From a virus (Duplodnaviria > Caudoviricetes): DNA of 28,613 nucleotides. The position numbers and the translations under genes are program-made. The stretch covers positions 1 to 28,613 of IMG/VR virus record IMGVR_UViG_3300025781_000045, one strand, 5' to 3'. Below the pieces are notes generated by a model, which was given only the letters and a program-made list of their open reading frames with translations, did no database searches and was not told where the DNA came from. Shown piece by piece: positions 1-7,600 of this stretch (positions within the stretch are counted from its first letter, which is position 1; every line of letters begins with the position of its first letter).

Positions 1-1058
1 TCATTATATAATTCTTTACCGTGTTTATCTACATATTGAAATAATAAAAGAGTATTGCCTTTTAATGACAATACCAAATTTTTTATAAATTTATTTCTTC
101 CGGCGTGTTTGACTATAAAATCTATTTCTGTTTTATAGTCATTTCCTATATTTTGTTTTTTAATTTCATCTGAATACTTTAACATAAGAATTTTTATTTT
201 AAGTTCGGCCAAATGTTTCTTTTCAATTAGATCTACTGTAGAAGCAACTCTTTTAACTTTACCAAATAATCCTTCTAAAACTAGTTTATTTGTTTCTGTA
301 CCATCTAGAGTTCCAGTAAATCCAAATCTATATTTGCAATTAGTAAGTTTTTCCATAATAGAAGAAAGTGATTTAGCTTTAAATAAGTGGCATTCATCAC
401 CTATTACTACATCAAATTTGCTAAAATATTCTTTGGGAAGTTTATATATAGATTGCCAAGTAGAAATTAAAATTTTATTGTCAGTATTTTTATCTACTCC
501 AGATGTGATTTTATGAATATTATCTACATCATCAAATCCATAATCAGCAAAATCTCCAGCCAATTGATGTACAAGAGAAATAGTTGGAACTATAATAAGT
601 GTACGAGCATTATAATATCTAGTTAACAAATAAATTATTAATGATTTGCCAGAAGCAGTTGGTGATAATAATAATGCTCTATTTTTTCGAATACCATGAG
701 TCATGGCTGCAATTTGATAATCTCTTGGAGAAAATGGAATTCCAAGAGTCTTTGCAAAATTTTCTGCTTCTATTAAAGAATATTCATTATCATTAAAATC
801 AGATAATAATTCTATTTTATAATTTCTATTATTAGCAAATTCTATAACATTATCAAGCAATCCAGCATAAAGCAATTTTGACATAACATTATACAATCGA
901 ATTTTCCCATCCCACACTTTATTTTTAACTAGTGGATGAAATTTCGCATTTGGTACCATAAATGTAAAATAGTCCGATAACTCCATAGCTTCGGACGCAT
1001 CACATTCAATTTTTATGTATGTCTCATTTACTTTAGAGATTCTTAATATATTTTCCAT
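1..1058 (-). CDS. uvsW: UvsW SF2 DNA helicase (5' part; runs off window start; not in the ORF track)
   Basis: Manual translation from ATG at 1058: MENILRISKVNETYIKIECD...WDGKIRLYN...PRDYQ...SPTASGKS (Walker A)...DECH...GFTGT; follows uvsY via a TAATG overlap. Confidence 0.95.
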   Translation of the reverse strand, partial: MENILRISKVNETYIKIECDASEAMELSDYFTFMVPNAKFHPLVKNKVWDGKIRLYNVMSKLLYAGLLDNVIEFANNRNYKIELLSDFNDNEYSLIEAENFAKTLGIPFSPRDYQIAAMTHGIRKNRALLLSPTASGKSLIIYLLTRYYNARTLIIVPTISLVHQLAGDFADYGFDDVDNIHKITSGVDKNTDNKILISTWQSIYKLPKEYFSKFDVVIGDECHLFKAKSLSSIMEKLTNCKYRFGFTGTLDGTETNKLVLEGLFGKVKRVASTVDLIEKKHLAELKIKILMLKYSDEIKKQNIGNDYKTEIDFIVKHAGRNKFIKNLVLSLKGNTLLLFQYVDKHGKELYN

Positions 1059-1492
1059 TATGCTCCATTTGTAAATCTTTGCCAATCAATATAGTTCTTA
1101 ACAATATATCCTCTTTCGCTAATATTTTTAATAATAGACTCCAATAAAGATATCTTTTCTTTTTGATAGGCAATTTTAAGGGTAAGATCAATAATATCAG
1201 AATCTGCTTCAATATGCATTGGAATATCTGATTTTAAAATATTTCTAGGATTAGGCAACCATCCTTTATCTGCAAGAGTTTCTTTATCTAGAGTACCCAT
1301 AAAATAATCATATTTAAGTAAATATATACGCTTATAATCAGCTTCTAACTTGCGTAAAGCTAGTCTTTCCTTTGAAAATATCTGATAGTATTTATGATGG
1401 AGTTTTGGAATATTAATGGCTGCTTTATCAATTGCTAATGTATCAATTGTTGAATCTTCAGCCCATAGTTCAAATATATCATCTAGCTTCAT
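1058..1492 (-). CDS. uvsY: UvsY recombination mediator
   Basis: W-x-x-DS-x-ID, IPKLHHKY, C-terminal RGY-x-VKNYIDWQRF; T4-like gp3-uvsY-uvsW synteny. Confidence 0.92.
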   Translation of the reverse strand: MKLDDIFELWAEDSTIDTLAIDKAAINIPKLHHKYYQIFSKERLALRKLEADYKRIYLLKYDYFMGTLDKETLADKGWLPNPRNILKSDIPMHIEADSDIIDLTLKIAYQKEKISLLESIIKNISERGYIVKNYIDWQRFTNGA

Positions 1493-1537
1493 TCTGCAAT
1501 ATCCATATACTATATAGTATTATCAAACGTTATACTC

Positions 1538-1567
1538 ATTATAACGCACAAAATATAATTTGTACAC
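1538..1567 (-). promoter_or_regulatory. Sigma70/T4-early-like promoter for uvsY-uvsW
   Basis: Minus strand reads GTGTACA-17 nt-TATAAT, about 45 nt upstream of uvsY. Confidence 0.6.
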
Positions 1568-1576
1568 TACTATTTT

Positions 1577-2101
1577 CTATTCAACATAAGAATATACGTA
1601 TTCGCGATATTTAAATTCTGCTGTAGCCGTAATATAGTTAACATCCACTTCAGTAGAATCAAATTTAAAACCAGAAAGATTTACTGGAATTACATCAAAA
1701 AATGTTACTTTTATATTAGGATTCATTGTTCCATTTAAAATAATAAGATCTGCATCTACTTGAACACCGTATCCATTTGAGTTTTCACTTAAAGCTGCAT
1801 ATTGATCAAAAGATTCAGGTTTACCAATTCCAATTATCCAATTATAAATTTCAAAATATCCTGCCATATTTTCATCTAATTTAAAAGTTACTGAAAAATG
1901 ATCCCATGTAGTATGATCACCAGGAACTACAATTTTATTAAATGGTGTCTGTATATCATCTGTTTGATTGAGAGTTAATGCAGGAAAATCAAAACTTTGA
2001 ACATAATAATCAAAATTTGGTAATTTTGTAATTTGAAATTTAAAGCCAAGCGGACTAAGAAAATTTATATCTGTTGGTTGAAAAGACATTTTTATCTCCA
2101 T
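1577..2101 (-). CDS. gp3: Tail completion/tail tube terminator protein gp3 (start possibly 2089)
   Basis: NFLSPLGFKF, PGD, F-x-LDENM-x-x-Y-x-EIYNWI, PVNLSG-x-x-F motifs; position next to uvsY. Confidence 0.88.
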   Translation of the reverse strand: MEIKMSFQPTDINFLSPLGFKFQITKLPNFDYYVQSFDFPALTLNQTDDIQTPFNKIVVPGDHTTWDHFSVTFKLDENMAGYFEIYNWIIGIGKPESFDQYAALSENSNGYGVQVDADLIILNGTMNPNIKVTFFDVIPVNLSGFKFDSTEVDVNYITATAEFKYREYVYSYVE

Positions 2102-2112
2102 ATCATATTTTG

Positions 2113-2120
2113 TATTTATA
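2113..2120 (-). promoter_or_regulatory. T4-type late promoter TATAAATA for gp3
   Basis: TATTTATA on the plus strand immediately upstream of gp3. Confidence 0.75.
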
Positions 2121-2122
2121 GG

Positions 2123-2152
2123 GTTTACATTAATTATGATAGATGGTATATT
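2123..2152 (+). promoter_or_regulatory. Early-type promoter
   Basis: GTTTACA-17 nt-TATATT, divergent from the gp3 late promoter. Confidence 0.6.
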
Positions 2153-2198
2153 CTATTATGAACTGCCTGATAAATATTTAGCAACAAGGAGAAGTGAT

Positions 2199-2375
2199 AT
2201 GACGAGTGTTAAACAATATTCTCTACCCACTTATCGTCAAGGCCACGCAAATGTTAAACGCGTGCGTGATGAACTTATTCGGCGATATCGTTTAGGTGAT
2301 CATTTGGATACAGAAGAATTAGATTGGTTGGATTGGGCAGAAATTTCTCTTGATCGACCTATTAAAACTCGGTAA
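2199..2375 (+). CDS. Hypothetical protein (58 aa)
   Basis: AGGAGA RBS before ATG 2199; the ORF-track start at 2136 lies inside the promoter. Confidence 0.7.
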   Translation: MTSVKQYSLPTYRQGHANVKRVRDELIRRYRLGDHLDTEELDWLDWAEISLDRPIKTR

Positions 2376-2382
2376 AATATAT

Positions 2383-2457
2383 ATCCCGATAGTTTAATGG
2401 ATAAAACCGAAGTCTTCTAAACTTCTAATGAAAGTTCGATTCTTTCTCGGGATGCCA
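2383..2457 (+). tRNA. tRNA-Arg(UCU)
   Basis: ATCCCGA/TCGGGAT acceptor, GAAGT-CTTCTAA-ACTTC anticodon arm, TTCGATT T-loop, encoded CCA. Confidence 0.95.
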
Positions 2458-2460
2458 TTT

Positions 2461-2468
2461 TATAAATA
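2461..2468 (+). promoter_or_regulatory. T4-type late promoter TATAAATA
   Basis: Exact consensus 15 nt upstream of the HAD gene. Confidence 0.75.
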
Positions 2469-2483
2469 TCGTAAAAGGAATTT

Positions 2484-3104
2484 ATGATGCAATTTTTTAC
2501 AGAGTTTTTAATTGAAGAAGAAAATTCTCTCCATGCATTTGATATGGATGAGACGCTTTTTTCTCATGATCCAACTAAATTACAAATTCATGTAAATGAT
2601 GCTCAAGGAAATAGAGTTCAATCTTTAACAAATCAAGAATTCAATAGTTATAAACTTCCTACAAATCATAGTTATGATTTTTCTGATTTTGAATCTTCTT
2701 CTAAATTATATCAAACGGCAAAACCTATTCGTAAAATGATAGCTAAAATGAAAGCTATACATAATAAAGGTGGTAAAACTGAAATCGTAACGGCTAGATC
2801 AGATTTTGATGATCAGCCAAAATTTAAAGAATTTATGAATAAATATGGTGTAGATATTAATAAAATTCATGTTCGCAGAGCTGGAAATCTTCAAGGTCGA
2901 GCTCCAGAAAATAAGAAACGGGTTATTTCTAATCTTATTAAACAATATGGATATAAAATAGTGCATTTATATGATGATTCAAAAGAAAATCTTTCACATT
3001 TCTTGTTATTAAAACAAGATCATCCTAATGTCAATTTTCATGCTCATCACGTAAATCATAACGAGCACACTGGAAATACAACCATAACTACAACGAGGGT
3101 ATAA
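2484..3104 (+). CDS. HAD-superfamily phosphatase-like protein with capsid-targeting-like N-terminus
   Basis: Motif I FDMDETL, motif II IVTAR, motif III K, motif IV LYDD; N-terminus [11 protein letters not shown]. Confidence 0.75.
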   Translation: MMQFFTEFLIEEENSLHAFDMDETLFSHDPTKLQIHVNDAQGNRVQSLTNQEFNSYKLPTNHSYDFSDFESSSKLYQTAKPIRKMIAKMKAIHNKGGKTEIVTARSDFDDQPKFKEFMNKYGVDINKIHVRRAGNLQGRAPENKKRVISNLIKQYGYKIVHLYDDSKENLSHFLLLKQDHPNVNFHAHHVNHNEHTGNTTITTTRV

Positions 3105-3262
3105 TGAAACAGAAAAAGCTTCTAAAAGAATTATATAAAGCCTGCATTGCAAATAATGTTGAACGCATTGCTGAATTGAGAAAAATTGAATTTAAAAAAA
3201 TTTTTAAAAGAAAAGCAAAAGGCAAAAAGTTTGGTCCTAAATGGACCAATGTAAGGATCTAA
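3104..3262 (+). CDS. Small basic hypothetical protein (52 aa, not in the ORF track)
   Basis: [30 protein letters not shown]...GPKWTNVRI; TAATG coupling, fills the gap exactly. Confidence 0.7.
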   Translation: MKQKKLLKELYKACIANNVERIAELRKIEFKKIFKRKAKGKKFGPKWTNVRI

Positions 3263-3263
3263 A

Positions 3264-3545
3264 ATGATATATGTAAAATGTGAAGAATGCAATGAAAATT
3301 ATGAAAGTTTATTTCAATCTGATGAACAAAACTTTTCAATGCTAGCTATGGAATGCGCAGCAGAATATCAAAAGTCTACAAATAGAGTATTTGGCCATTA
3401 TGGATCTAAAATTATAGATCTTCAGGTTTGGAAATTTACTAAAGAAGTAGATTATCCAAATAACGCAATATTGTGTGATAAATGTTTACAAAATTTTATA
3501 AATGATAATAGTTTAGTATATGTTAAAGATTATAACTTAAATTAA
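3264..3545 (+). CDS. Hypothetical protein with two CxxC motifs
   Basis: CEEC...GHYGS...LCDKC. Confidence 0.7.
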   Translation: MIYVKCEECNENYESLFQSDEQNFSMLAMECAAEYQKSTNRVFGHYGSKIIDLQVWKFTKEVDYPNNAILCDKCLQNFINDNSLVYVKDYNLN

Positions 3546-3546
3546 A

Positions 3547-3623
3547 GCCATATTAGCTCAGCAGGTAGTAGCGGATGGTTGTTAACCATCAGGTCATAGG
3601 TTCGAGCCCTACTTGTCCAACCA
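3547..3623 (+). pseudogene. tRNA-Asn(GUU)-like gene with unpaired acceptor stem (chimeric or defective)
   Basis: Good D arm and GATGG-TTGTTAA-CCATC anticodon arm, TTCGAGC T-loop and CCA, but 5' GCCATAT does not pair with 3' TTGTCCA. Confidence 0.75.
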
Positions 3624-3652
3624 CACTTTAACTTTTATATTATGGAGATAAG

Positions 3653-4204
3653 ATGATTTACGTTAACCTCCCATCAGTAGTTCCTTCAGTTACATTTAAG
3701 ACTCGAGTGCGTGATGAAAGCATTGATGGTCCAAACCCATATCGTTGGGAAGACAAGACCAGCTTTGATTACTTCGGTGGCAAGCGAGTTATTCTATTCG
3801 CACTGCCAGGAGCATTTACACCTACTTGCTCTGCTTACCAACTACCCGGTTTTGAGAGTATGCATTTTGATTTTGGCAAGTACGGCATTGACGAAATTTA
3901 TTGTTTGTCAGTAAATGATGCCTTCGTTATGAATGCATGGGCTAAGTCACAAAATATTGAACGTGTAAAGATGATTCCGGATGGCTCTGGACATTTTACT
4001 GAAGGTATGAACATGCTGGTCGATAAGGATAACCTTGGCTTTGGTGTGCGGTCTTGGCGCTATGCTGCTATAATTAATAACGGCAAGATTGAGAAGTGGT
4101 TCATTGAGCCTAATCGTGGTGACAATGTTACCAGCGATCCCTATAGTGTATCATCACCCGAGAGCGTTATGGAGTGGCTAAAGCATGGAACTGATGCTGC
4201 ATAG
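3653..4204 (+). CDS. Peroxiredoxin (Prx5/Redoxin family)
   Basis: LPGAFTPTCS, SVNDAFVM-x-AW, GFGVRSWRY motifs. Confidence 0.93.
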   Translation: MIYVNLPSVVPSVTFKTRVRDESIDGPNPYRWEDKTSFDYFGGKRVILFALPGAFTPTCSAYQLPGFESMHFDFGKYGIDEIYCLSVNDAFVMNAWAKSQNIERVKMIPDGSGHFTEGMNMLVDKDNLGFGVRSWRYAAIINNGKIEKWFIEPNRGDNVTSDPYSVSSPESVMEWLKHGTDAA

Positions 4205-4301
4205 AATCAATATGGCAATGCAGGCTAATGATAGAGCTTGCTGTGACTGAGGAAAAGTTTACTAGCAAAGTGTCATAAATAAACTCAGGAAGCAGCATTA
4301 A
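4185..4301 (+). pseudogene. Small ORF with two in-frame stops at probable Trp positions
   Basis: GGAG RBS then MELMLHRINMAMQANDRACCD*GKVY*QSVINKLRKQH*; TGA 4248-4250, TAG 4263-4265. Confidence 0.5.
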
Positions 4302-4306
4302 AATTA

Positions 4307-4380
4307 GCCCCTTTAGTTAAATGGTATAACAACTGTTTTGTAATCAGTAGTCAGTGGTTCGATTCCATTAAGGGGCACCA
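4307..4380 (+). tRNA. tRNA-Thr(UGU)
   Basis: GCCCCTT/AAGGGGC acceptor, anticodon loop TTTGTAA, TTCGATT T-loop, CCA. Confidence 0.95.
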
Positions 4381-4401
4381 TTTTTTAATTAGGAAAATAT
4401 A

Positions 4402-4629
4402 ATGGATGATGAAACACTAAAACTTAAAGTTGATTATTTTAGCAATCAATTAGATAATATTATTATGAAATGTGAAAGTATTGATGAATTAACCATACTT
4501 GCTACTATCATGATGGCATATGCACGTAAAGGTTTAGGAATTACTATTGGTAATCAAGATCTTGCAGATGCTTGTATGTTTGATTATTTGGATGCTTTAG
4601 CACCAACAACACCAAAAGCTATAGTTTAA
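4402..4629 (+). CDS. Hypothetical protein
   Basis: ORF with AGGA RBS, coupled to the next gene. Confidence 0.7.
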   Translation: MDDETLKLKVDYFSNQLDNIIMKCESIDELTILATIMMAYARKGLGITIGNQDLADACMFDYLDALAPTTPKAIV

Positions 4630-4850
4630 TGAAAAATTTTAAAGACTTTAATGAAAATTCTGAAAAATACGAATCTATTAGCATTGAAGTTTTAGGTATT
4701 GATAACATTTGGCGGCGAGTAGAAGGTGGCATTACAAATAATGCTCAATACATTGCAAGAGCCTTAAATAATACTAAGAAGAGATATCCTAATAATCGTA
4801 TAAGAGCTGTTGGACAAATTACCGGCAGATTTTATGATATGGTACCATAA
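4629..4850 (+). CDS. Small hypothetical protein, possible internal head protein
   Basis: N-terminus MKNFKDFNE resembles T4 internal-protein capsid-targeting sequences. Confidence 0.7.
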   Translation: MKNFKDFNENSEKYESISIEVLGIDNIWRRVEGGITNNAQYIARALNNTKKRYPNNRIRAVGQITGRFYDMVP

Positions 4851-4853
4851 TAA

Positions 4854-4928
4854 GCGGATGTAGCTCAGTGGTAGAGCACTGTCCTTCCAAGTCAGGTGTC
4901 CTCGGTTCGAATCCGAGTATCCGCTCCA
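4854..4928 (+). tRNA. tRNA-Gly(UCC)
   Basis: GCGGATG/TATCCGC acceptor, loop CTTCCAA, U73 discriminator, CCA. Confidence 0.95.
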
Positions 4929-4952
4929 ATTTTAATATGAAAGGAATATGAT

Positions 4953-5213
4953 ATGGCAGTAAAAACTCGTAGTAAATATACTTCAAAAGGAATTCATTCT
5001 TCAGTTTCTCATGGAGTACTTCAAGCAGTACGCGCTGATAGAACTTATTTAGAAAAGCTTGCATTTATTTCAACAGCATGGAAACAATTCAAGAACCCAT
5101 GGATTACTATTGAAAATCCAAATAAATCGGAAACAAATCGCCGATTTATTCGAGTACGTACAAATTCAATTTGGGGCAATCCTAAGTATAAAAAAGAAGA
5201 AGCTAGTGAATGA
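4953..5213 (+). CDS. Conserved T4-like basic hypothetical protein
   Basis: YTSKG...AWK...NPWITIENPN-x-x-ETNRRFIRV; AAGGA RBS. Confidence 0.8.
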   Translation: MAVKTRSKYTSKGIHSSVSHGVLQAVRADRTYLEKLAFISTAWKQFKNPWITIENPNKSETNRRFIRVRTNSIWGNPKYKKEEASE

Positions 5214-5704
5214 CCAATTCTGCTAATACCGAAGCACAATCTAGACATTTGGTCAATGATACTATGGAAATTTCTGTTTGGTATCCAGGCCATGAACCAA
5301 GAACTTCTTCTTCTAAATTTAGAAATACAGTTAAAAAGCTAATTAAAGAAGAAGATACTCCATGTTGGATATGTGGTTCTAAAGAAAATAGAGAAGTTCA
5401 TCATTTCTATATCGAATGGGCATATGCAAATGCTATCGATTGGAATAAGGTCAAAGTAGATCATCCTTTATTTGATTGGGCTTCTTTTAAAGAATCTGAA
5501 GATTTTATTGATAGTCCATATAATATGAAAGTACTTTGTATGGTACATCATAGAGGTAAAAATCACGGAATTCATAGAGTTCCATATCCAATTTGGCAAG
5601 TACAAAAATATATTAGAGACGATTTTAAAATGTTTAGTCATGTGCATCATGATAATCCGGATGCTGGTGAAATTATTGATCTAATTTTGCTCTATGGCGA
5701 TTGA
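5210..5704 (+). CDS. HNH-like zinc-binding nuclease-fold protein
   Basis: CWICG...EVHH...NMKVLCMVHH...GIH. Confidence 0.65.
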   Translation: MTNSANTEAQSRHLVNDTMEISVWYPGHEPRTSSSKFRNTVKKLIKEEDTPCWICGSKENREVHHFYIEWAYANAIDWNKVKVDHPLFDWASFKESEDFIDSPYNMKVLCMVHHRGKNHGIHRVPYPIWQVQKYIRDDFKMFSHVHHDNPDAGEIIDLILLYGD

Positions 5705-5731
5705 CATTAATTCATAATATGATATTATAAT
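5701..5731 (+). promoter_or_regulatory. Sigma70-type promoter
   Basis: TTGACA followed by TATTAT (16 nt spacer) or TATAAT (19 nt spacer). Confidence 0.6.
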
Positions 5732-5752
5732 CTTCTAATATGGAGATTGAAT

Positions 5753-6127
5753 ATGGGATTGATGCCAGTATATTATTCGAATACAAACACGCGTACGCGT
5801 AAAACAAAAAAGAAATCTTCTAGTCTTATTGCTGCTGAAAAAGATCTGGAGAGGACTCTTAAAAAAATGCGCTATATGCCATCTAAAACTAAAACATCCT
5901 CTCCAGCTCTATCTAATAGCTATGGCCCATATTCTGGACCTATCGATAGATATGTGCCAAAGACATCTGATATTATTCCTGGTGGAGTAGCTAAAAAATC
6001 TGAACCAATGGTTTATTCGGGTGAAACCCAACTCATTGGAATTGCTACTATGCATAAAAGTAATATGGTACCTATTTTTGCAAATAATAAAGAAAAAGCA
6101 AAAGAAATTGCTAGTATGAGGCGCTAA
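5753..6127 (+). CDS. Conserved T4-like hypothetical protein
   Basis: C-terminal YSG-x-x-x-LIGIATMHKSNMVPIF...AKEIASMRR motif; GGAG RBS before ATG 5753. Confidence 0.8.
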   Translation: MGLMPVYYSNTNTRTRKTKKKSSSLIAAEKDLERTLKKMRYMPSKTKTSSPALSNSYGPYSGPIDRYVPKTSDIIPGGVAKKSEPMVYSGETQLIGIATMHKSNMVPIFANNKEKAKEIASMRR

Positions 6128-6135
6128 TATAAATA
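6128..6135 (+). promoter_or_regulatory. T4-type late promoter TATAAATA
   Basis: Exact consensus, followed by a roughly 200-nt structured leader and sleB. Confidence 0.7.
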
Positions 6136-6138
6136 CAC

Positions 6139-6340
6139 ATGAAAGATCGATTCTTTCATATGACTCGATAAAAGCTTCAATGCCAATAGATGGTTAGAAA
6201 GCGACAAGCATTATACTTGTCATTAACTAAAACCCTAGCAATTTTGCATCTCTACATCGAGAGAGATGGTCGATAAAGATCTTCAATAAGATCGGCCGTT
6301 AAGACATCGTTTGTATCAAAATTGCGTGCTAAGAGGACTA
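6139..6340 (+). ncRNA. Candidate structured RNA / 5' leader of the cell wall hydrolase gene
   Basis: Stems ATGAAAGA/TCTTTCAT, GACAAG/CTTGTC, and GCAATTTTG/CAAAATTGC enclosing CATCTCT/AGAGATG and GATCTT/AAGATC. Confidence 0.55.
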
Positions 6341-6342
6341 TT

Positions 6343-6828
6343 ATGTCAAATAAAATCTTATCATTATTAATGATAGTATTGCCGCTAACTGTACTTTTTA
6401 TTGCATTTAATGCAAAAGCTGAAGATACTTCATCTATTAATAATGATAAACAACAAATTAAATGTATGGCTGATAGCACATATTTTGAAGCCGGAAATCA
6501 ACCATTAACTAGTCAAATTGCAATTAGTAATGTAATTATAAATAGAACTAAGAATGGTGATGCTTTTGCCAAAACTCCTTGTGGAGTAGTCTATCAAAAA
6601 ACACGAAAAGTTTGTCAATTTTCTTGGGTTTGTGCTAAAAAGCATTCACACATAGATGCCACAAACTATCAAAAAGCATATTATGTAGCAGAAATGGTTT
6701 ATAATCATATTACAGATGATTTAACCAATGGCGCACTATTCTTTCACGATATTCATGAACATCCAAAGTGGAAGGGCATGACTAAAACTGCAAAATTAGG
6801 ACAATTTATTTTTTATAAATTGAAATAA
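6343..6828 (+). CDS. SleB/Hydrolase_2 cell wall hydrolase with N-terminal signal/TM segment
   Basis: CMA-x-x-x-YFEA, VIINR, CGVVYQ, CQFSW, TNGALFFH, FIFYK; GAGGA RBS before ATG 6343. Confidence 0.9.
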   Translation: MSNKILSLLMIVLPLTVLFIAFNAKAEDTSSINNDKQQIKCMADSTYFEAGNQPLTSQIAISNVIINRTKNGDAFAKTPCGVVYQKTRKVCQFSWVCAKKHSHIDATNYQKAYYVAEMVYNHITDDLTNGALFFHDIHEHPKWKGMTKTAKLGQFIFYKLK

Positions 6829-6836
6829 ATATTTTT

Positions 6837-6928
6837 GGGCGGGCATCTGGTGGTGGCAAGGGTCTTATAATCCCTTTGGTCGGCAGATAACCGATTTGCT
6901 GAGAGTTCGATCCTCTCCCTGCCTACCA
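6837..6928 (+). tRNA. Atypical tRNA, anticodon UAU (nominal Ile), long variable arm, short D arm
   Basis: GGGCGGG/CCTGCCT acceptor, A73, CCA; AGGGT-CTTATAA-TCCCT; V-arm GGTCGG-CAGATAA-CCGATT; GAGAG-TTCGATC-CTCTC. Confidence 0.8.
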
Positions 6929-6952
6929 ATCTTCAAATATGAAGGAGAAATA

Positions 6953-7204
6953 ATGTATAAAATTTACACGAAAACAAATTGCACATATTGTACCGCAGCA
7001 AAAAATATGTTAAATGCTAAAGGTATTCCATTTGTTGAATTTAATATTGAAAATAATGAACATTATAAAGAAACACTATTGACAGAAGTACCACACGCAA
7101 AAACAGTACCTCAAATTTTTGAAAATGATCAATATATCGGTGGATATCTTGAACTAGTTGAAAGAATGAAGCATTATGACACTTCCAACATGCTATATGA
7201 ATGA
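6953..7204 (+). CDS. Glutaredoxin
   Basis: CTYC, TVPQIF, IGGY; AAGGAG RBS before ATG 6953. Confidence 0.93.
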   Translation: MYKIYTKTNCTYCTAAKNMLNAKGIPFVEFNIENNEHYKETLLTEVPHAKTVPQIFENDQYIGGYLELVERMKHYDTSNMLYE

Positions 7205-7421
7205 TTTAGTTTCTAATGTATGCCATGTAAAATTTACAAAAAAAGATGGAACTATTAGAGAAATGCTTATTACTTTACAAGAAAGTATTATTCCACCTAG
7301 TATAGAATCTGAAAATCCTCGTAAATCAAATCCAGATGTAGTTTCAGTATGGTCAATTGAAGATAAAGGTTGGCGATCTTTTCGAAAAGATAGTGTAATT
7401 GAATTTTTAAAGGTTTCATAA
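7176..7421 (+). CDS. SH3-like/WYL_2 beta-barrel fold protein, conserved in T4-like phages
   Basis: VKFTKKDGTIREM-x-x-TL...VW-x-x-x-x-KGWRSFR. Confidence 0.8.
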   Translation: MTLPTCYMNDLVSNVCHVKFTKKDGTIREMLITLQESIIPPSIESENPRKSNPDVVSVWSIEDKGWRSFRKDSVIEFLKVS

Positions 7422-7600
7422 TGTCTGTTGAATTAAAAGGAATTGATAGGTGGAAAGCTATTATTGCTAAATGGATTGTTGTCAATATTGCATGTAGAAT
7501 TAGTCCATTAGCAGTATTATCTCTCTGTATTGAAGTATCAAAAGATTATCAAGAACGATATATTGAAAGTATTGAAGAGAAAGAACTTGAACATGAGTAA
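7421..7600 (+). CDS. Hypothetical protein (59 aa, not in the ORF track)
   Basis: MSVELKGIDRWKAIIAKWIVVNIACRISPLAVLSLCIEV...; coupled at both ends. Confidence 0.65.
   Translation: MSVELKGIDRWKAIIAKWIVVNIACRISPLAVLSLCIEVSKDYQERYIESIEEKELEHE

Noticed and set aside
334-516. Antisense or alternate-frame ORFs in the track (334, 1432, 3711, 4819, 5045, 5468, 6252, 7297, 9068, 11255, 13148, 16332, 17664, 19818, 20069, 20262, 21231, 21615, 23121, 24511, 25882, 26272, 28149)
   Set aside because: They overlap well-supported genes, tRNAs or the structured leader and show no recognisable motifs; they are shadow ORFs.
4247-4253. CTGAGGA as a hammerhead ribozyme core
   Set aside because: No stem II followed by GAAA and stem III in the required arrangement.
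6837-6928. tRNA-Sec or an intron-containing tRNA
   Set aside because: The anticodon is UAU rather than UCA, the acceptor stem is 7 bp, and the extra sequence folds as a variable arm 3' of a complete anticodon arm.
6896-6952. ORF-track N-terminal extensions of glutaredoxin (6896) and the glycosyltransferase (7530)
   Set aside because: They overlap a tRNA or an upstream ORF; better starts exist at ATG 6953 (RBS) and ATG 7593 (coupled to the upstream stop).
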